From the NCBI GenBank assembly GCA_964016885.1, contig OZ024753.1, forward strand, positions 38,192,001 to 38,256,000: a stretch of DNA of 64,000 bases, given 5' to 3'. The DNA is from Eledone cirrhosa (lineage: Eukaryota). The position numbers and the translations under genes are program-made. This document shows, in pieces, positions 59,242 to 64,000 of this stretch (its first letter is position 1; every line of letters starts with the position of its first letter). The notes beneath the pieces were generated by a model. That model had not been told where the DNA came from and did no database searches. It saw only the letters and a program-made list of their open reading frames with translations.

Positions 59242-59696
59242 CACATGTGTGTGTAGTGTGTGTGTGTGTGGGGGGGGTGTATGGGTGTGTGTGTGGGTGT
59301 ATGTATGAGCGTACATGTGTGTATGTACACAATGAACAACGAAATGGTAACAAAAAAAAATTCGAAGACTGGAAAAAAATCAAAATCAAAGTGTGTGCAT
59401 AGGCTATTCGTATAAATGTGTGTATGCTCTTTATACAGTATGAGTGTGTTATTGACGTAGGCGTGCTACGTGTTATTGTGCGTATATACATGTGTGTGTT
59501 AGTGTGTGTATTTGTGTGTTGGTATGTGTATGTGAGGACAGCTGTCTGTTTTATGTTTGTTGTATGACCAAGTATTTCACAAGCTGTATTTATGTATTAA
59601 TATTTGTGTAAGATGTGTATTTGTGTTTAGGTGGGAGTCATTTGTTGGGTTATCACGTAAGCGGGCCTCCTTGGTGCACTGCACGCTTTATTTTAT

Positions 59697-59732
<36 letters not shown>

Positions 59733-59836
59733 TATATATATATATATATATGTGTATGTGTGTGTGTGATTATGTCTGTCTTTGTTAGTGTGTGTGTATG
59801 TGTATATATATATCTCTATCTATATATCTATCTATC

Positions 59837-59868
<32 letters not shown>

Positions 59869-60389
59869 CGTGTGTGTGTGTGTGACGCGCGCGTGCGTGT
59901 GTGATAATATCTGTCTTTGTTAGTGTGTGTGTATGTATGTATACATACATATATATATATATATATATATGTGTGTGCATGTGTGTGTAGGTGTGTGTAA
60001 ATAAGGTCTTCTGTTTAAAATGTCATCACCATCGTTGCATCCAACTGTGAAAGAAACTTCATCTTTAATTATAGACAGACAAATAATCGAAGACCAATTA
60101 ATTCACCAGCCTGTTCCGTTAAGCAATTATTAAGAGTTAACATTAAACGTAATCGATAGATATTTCTATAGATAAGAGAAATCAATACAATTTATAAATT
60201 ATCTCCGTTAATCATCACAAATTATTAACATCGCCTCGTTTAGTGATTAATTGCAACGTTACGTTGCATGGTTTGTGTTTTCTGGGGGTGTTTTTGTTGA
60301 TGTATTTTAATACAAGTTCAATGAATGTGAGGTCTCGGGTGGTTGAATTAACTGGGGAATCAGACACCACATCAATGAAAGAACATCTA

Positions 60390-60777
60390 CGAAGGTCGGC
60401 TAAAAAGTTCATAGGCTGAATAAGATACTCTCATGGAATGACCAAAGGAGGTTTATTTTTCAATATAGTCCCCGGAAAGAAACAATGCAGTTATTGATGA
60501 AAAGAGTTGAAATTAATACATGCAATATTTCACAGCTCTAGCATCATTCCTTCATATTTGACCTATGAACTTTTCAGCCCATCCTCAACGACAAGGGTCG
60601 GCTGAAAAGTTTATAAGAAACGCTTATGGTATGACCAAATGACGTTCATTTTTCAACATACCAGTCCCTGGAAAGAATCAAGCCAGTTATCAAGAGTTTA
60701 GATTAATACATGCAAGATTTCACAGCCCAAGCATCAATCCTTCACAGTTTGATTATGAACTTTTCAGCCTACTCTCG
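60390..60777. mobile_element. Two tandem mariner-derived MITEs (60390-60587, 60592-60777)
   Basis: TA-CGAAGGTCGGCTAAAAAGTTCATAGG...CCTATGAACTTTTCAGCC, then CAAGGGTCGGCTGAAAAGTT...TATGAACTTTTCAGCCTACTCTCG-TA. Confidence 0.8.
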
Positions 60778-61577
60778 TATGTGATAGCTCGACCTGTTAG
60801 ACATAGCAGATAAATCTATCTACAAATTGAAATCCTACCATATGAACAGAGCCGGCACCAGGGTATTTAGACTTCCTAGCTATCTCTTCAATGAAAGTGT
60901 CCTTCTCTATATAGAATATAAAATCTATATTATAGTAGGGCCTGCGCTACAATTAAGGCCGACTAGGAAGCTACCAAGGGCGCAAACCTCAGGGAGACGC
61001 ATTGCTGAACCTTAAAGAATCACAATTTCCTACAAATTCATGTAATTAACTTAAATATATAATTTCCAGCGATCAATAAATAGATCAATAAATACAGTAT
61101 TGCTGAAATATCCACGAAGTGGTGGAGAGGGTCGTATGGTGTTGTGATCTGTCACGTGACTTGGCTGAAACTAGTAATAGAATAGAATATATGTGTGTAT
61201 ATGCATATGTGTGTGTGTGTGTGTGTGTATGCGAGCGCGCGCACATACACAGACACATATATATATGCATATGCACACATATATTCTATTCTTTTACTAG
61301 TTTCAGCAATTAAACTTTGGCTATGATATATATATATAATGATATTGTTTATTAAGCCAAATAGGAAGTGTAAAATCTAATCCTTTTTCAACAAGGGCTA
61401 GTACCCTGACATACATTGGACACGAAGCTATTTTCGCGTCCATCTTATCTGTTCACCTCTAATCTTCACTGACATGTCATATCCGTCCATACGTCACGTC
61501 TCCTAATGCTTGTTTGTTCCCATAGAGGGACGTTTAGTTGTCAATTCGCCGTTGTATTATTCATCATTAAATAGCTG

Positions 61578-61803
61578 TAGGGCTTTGGACTGGCAGTATC
61601 GGTAGAGCGTCGTACAATATTTCTTTGTGGCATATAGTTATGGCCCTTTACGTTTTGAGTTCAAATCACGCCGAGTTTAGCTTTGCCTTTCATCCTTACA
61701 GTATCGATAAAATAAAATACCAGTTACGCACTGGGGTCGATTTAATCAACTTTTCCGCCTTCCATTCAAATTACTGGCCTTGAGCCAAAAGTAGAAACAA
61801 TTA
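61578..61803 (+). mobile_element. SINE (family A), near full length
   Basis: Matches the consensus. Confidence 0.85.
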
Positions 61804-62072
61804 TTAAACTGCAGTTATCTTCACTAATACTAGAGCTGTAGTAAAGTTGATATTTTGAAGGAAATTTAGCTGCCAAATTCAGCAGTTTGAGCAAATATAT
61901 GATCTTGAAATGGTGAAGGCTGCACAACAACTACATCAGCTGTAGGATAAGTAAGAAATTTTGAAGAAAATTTGGTTGTTAATTTTAGCAATTTGATCAA
62001 GAACGATATGACCCGGATGGCATGATGACTGCTCAATAACTATAACTACAACAGCAGCAGTCGGATAAGTCT

Positions 62073-62252
62073 GAAATTTTGAAAGAAATGTGACTGCTAA
62101 TTTTAGGAGTTTGATCATGAAATTTGAAGGAAATTTGACTGGTAATTTTAGCAGTGTGATCATGAAATTTGAAGGAAATTTGACTGTTAATTTTAGCAGT
62201 TTGATCATGAAATTTGAAGGAAATTTGACTGCTAATTTTAGCAGTTTGGTCA
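62073..62252. repeat. 45-bp tandem repeat, ~4 copies
   Basis: ATGAAATTTGAAGGAAATTTGACTG.TAATTTTAGCAGT.TGATC; diverged copies extend back to ~61850. Confidence 0.85.
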
Positions 62253-62607
62253 GTCATCACGCCGAATGGGATGATGGCTTCACAACAAATATATCAACAC
62301 CAGTTCTGACTTAAAATAATAAATAAATACGATATCAACAAAAATATTCTATAGCTGTTTGTTGACAACTACAGATGGACAACGGTTAAAGGTAGAATCA
62401 TGAGAATAATTAAAATGGTGTCTTAAGACAGCAATCATGTCGAGAAAATTCCTCGATAAAGCTAGAGCATTTTTAGTTATTTTCTTCTTTCTCTTTTGCT
62501 TTTCCTTTTTCTAGTCAACAGATTTGAAGACTTGATTCTGCCTGAGTGTCTGACACTCAACAAATTTCTTCATCGATTCTTCATCCCTCCTCCTACTTCT
62601 TATTCTT

Positions 62608-62696
<89 letters not shown>

Positions 62697-62874
62697 TACC
62701 ACCACCACCACCACTACCACCACCTATCGGAGGTTTCTCAAAGGGACGAAAGATAAAGTAAATCTCGTCCGAATTTGAACTCAGAGTGCAGAGATCCGAC
62801 ACGAAAACCACATAGCATTCTATCTGACTAGTAACTCACCGCTTTCCTTAGAACACATATATACGTACATTTAA

Positions 62875-63050
62875 TTGTTTCTACTTTTGGCACAAGGCCA
62901 GCAATAACCCAGTACATTACTGGTACTTTATTTTATCGACCTCGTAAGGATGAAAGACAAAGTTAACCTCGGCCGTATTTGAACTCAGGTCGTAAAGGGA
63001 CGTAATATGCTGGAAAGCATGTCCGACCTCTACCGATACTGCCAATTCAC
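62875..63050 (-). mobile_element. SINE (family A)
   Basis: Matches the reverse complement of the consensus. Confidence 0.85.
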
Positions 63051-63130
63051 ATATATACGTACATTTAATGGCAAGACACCGGAGTGGTTAGATAAAACAG
63101 TCGTTCAAATCATATTTTGAGGATCAACCT

Positions 63131-63333
<203 letters not shown>

Positions 63334-63372
63334 CACACAGAAATATATATATATTTCTGTGTGTGTGGTGTG

Positions 63373-63425
<53 letters not shown>

Positions 63426-63470
63426 GTATTGAGATCCCTATGTAAATGTGAGGCGATCACTGTCAATAAA

Positions 63471-63524
<54 letters not shown>

Positions 63525-63706
63525 TGCTGCTGCTATATATACATAATGCAATCCTTCTTTACGCGGTGGTTAACATGGAAACACTCGAGTAGAATATCTT
63601 CCGAAAATTACCGGAAATTATGATAGAATGGGAAAAAAAGAAAACTCGTTAGAAATTTGTTTTCGTCTTTCTTATATAACACCCTGTAATTAGACGTGTG
63701 TGTGTG

Positions 63707-63769
<63 letters not shown>

Positions 63770-64000
63770 TATATATGTATATATATACATATATATGCAC
63801 ATATATGTATATATATATATATATGCATATATATGTATGTATATAAATCTTATATATACACACATATATATATATATATATACATATATATTATATATAA
63901 ACACGTATATATATGTGTGTGTGTGGGCGTTGATGTGTGTATGTATATATATTTATATATAGATATATATATAAATAGAGAGAGAGAGAGTGGTGTGGGG

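Noticed and set aside
61936-62314. 15-aa repeat ORFs (MKFEGNLT.NFSS.I) on both strands
   Set aside because: By-product of a 45-bp tandem repeat; no splice signals or recognisable domain.
62496-62811. Poly-L, poly-T and poly-V ORFs, and the N-rich ORF at 42491-42808
   Set aside because: (CTA)n/(CCA)n and (GTT)n trinucleotide microsatellites.

Overview
AT-rich, microsatellite-saturated metazoan genomic DNA. The SINE/LINE/mariner repertoire points to a coleoid cephalopod, most likely Octopus (inference). Most long ORFs in the supplied track are translated (TA)n/(CA)n/(TATG)n. Reading splice signals by hand reveals one real gene that the track largely misses: a four-exon, + strand neuropeptide precursor spanning about 38 kb (CDS 20090-20159, 38281-38319, 56909-57096, 57857-57892; 110 aa). 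It encodes a signal peptide [23 protein letters not shown], then AKCNRRNIHACMGGN-GKR, a GGNamide/excitatory-peptide (GGNG/EP, CCHamide-related) family peptide. Its core sits on a 39-nt symmetric microexon between two ~18-kb introns. The peptide diverges from known family members: no Trp, a shorter ring and an internal RR. Two A-to-I edits would restore the family KCSG motif, and a near-perfect 162-bp hairpin lies ~520 nt downstream of the microexon. The window also holds several Penelope-type minimal hammerhead ribozymes (two with fully intact structures), fold-back palindromes inserted in (TA)n tracts, 58-bp and 121-bp minisatellite arrays, decayed RTE, Tx1/L1 and Penelope remnants, mariner/Tc1 MITEs and more than 20 tRNA-derived SINE copies.
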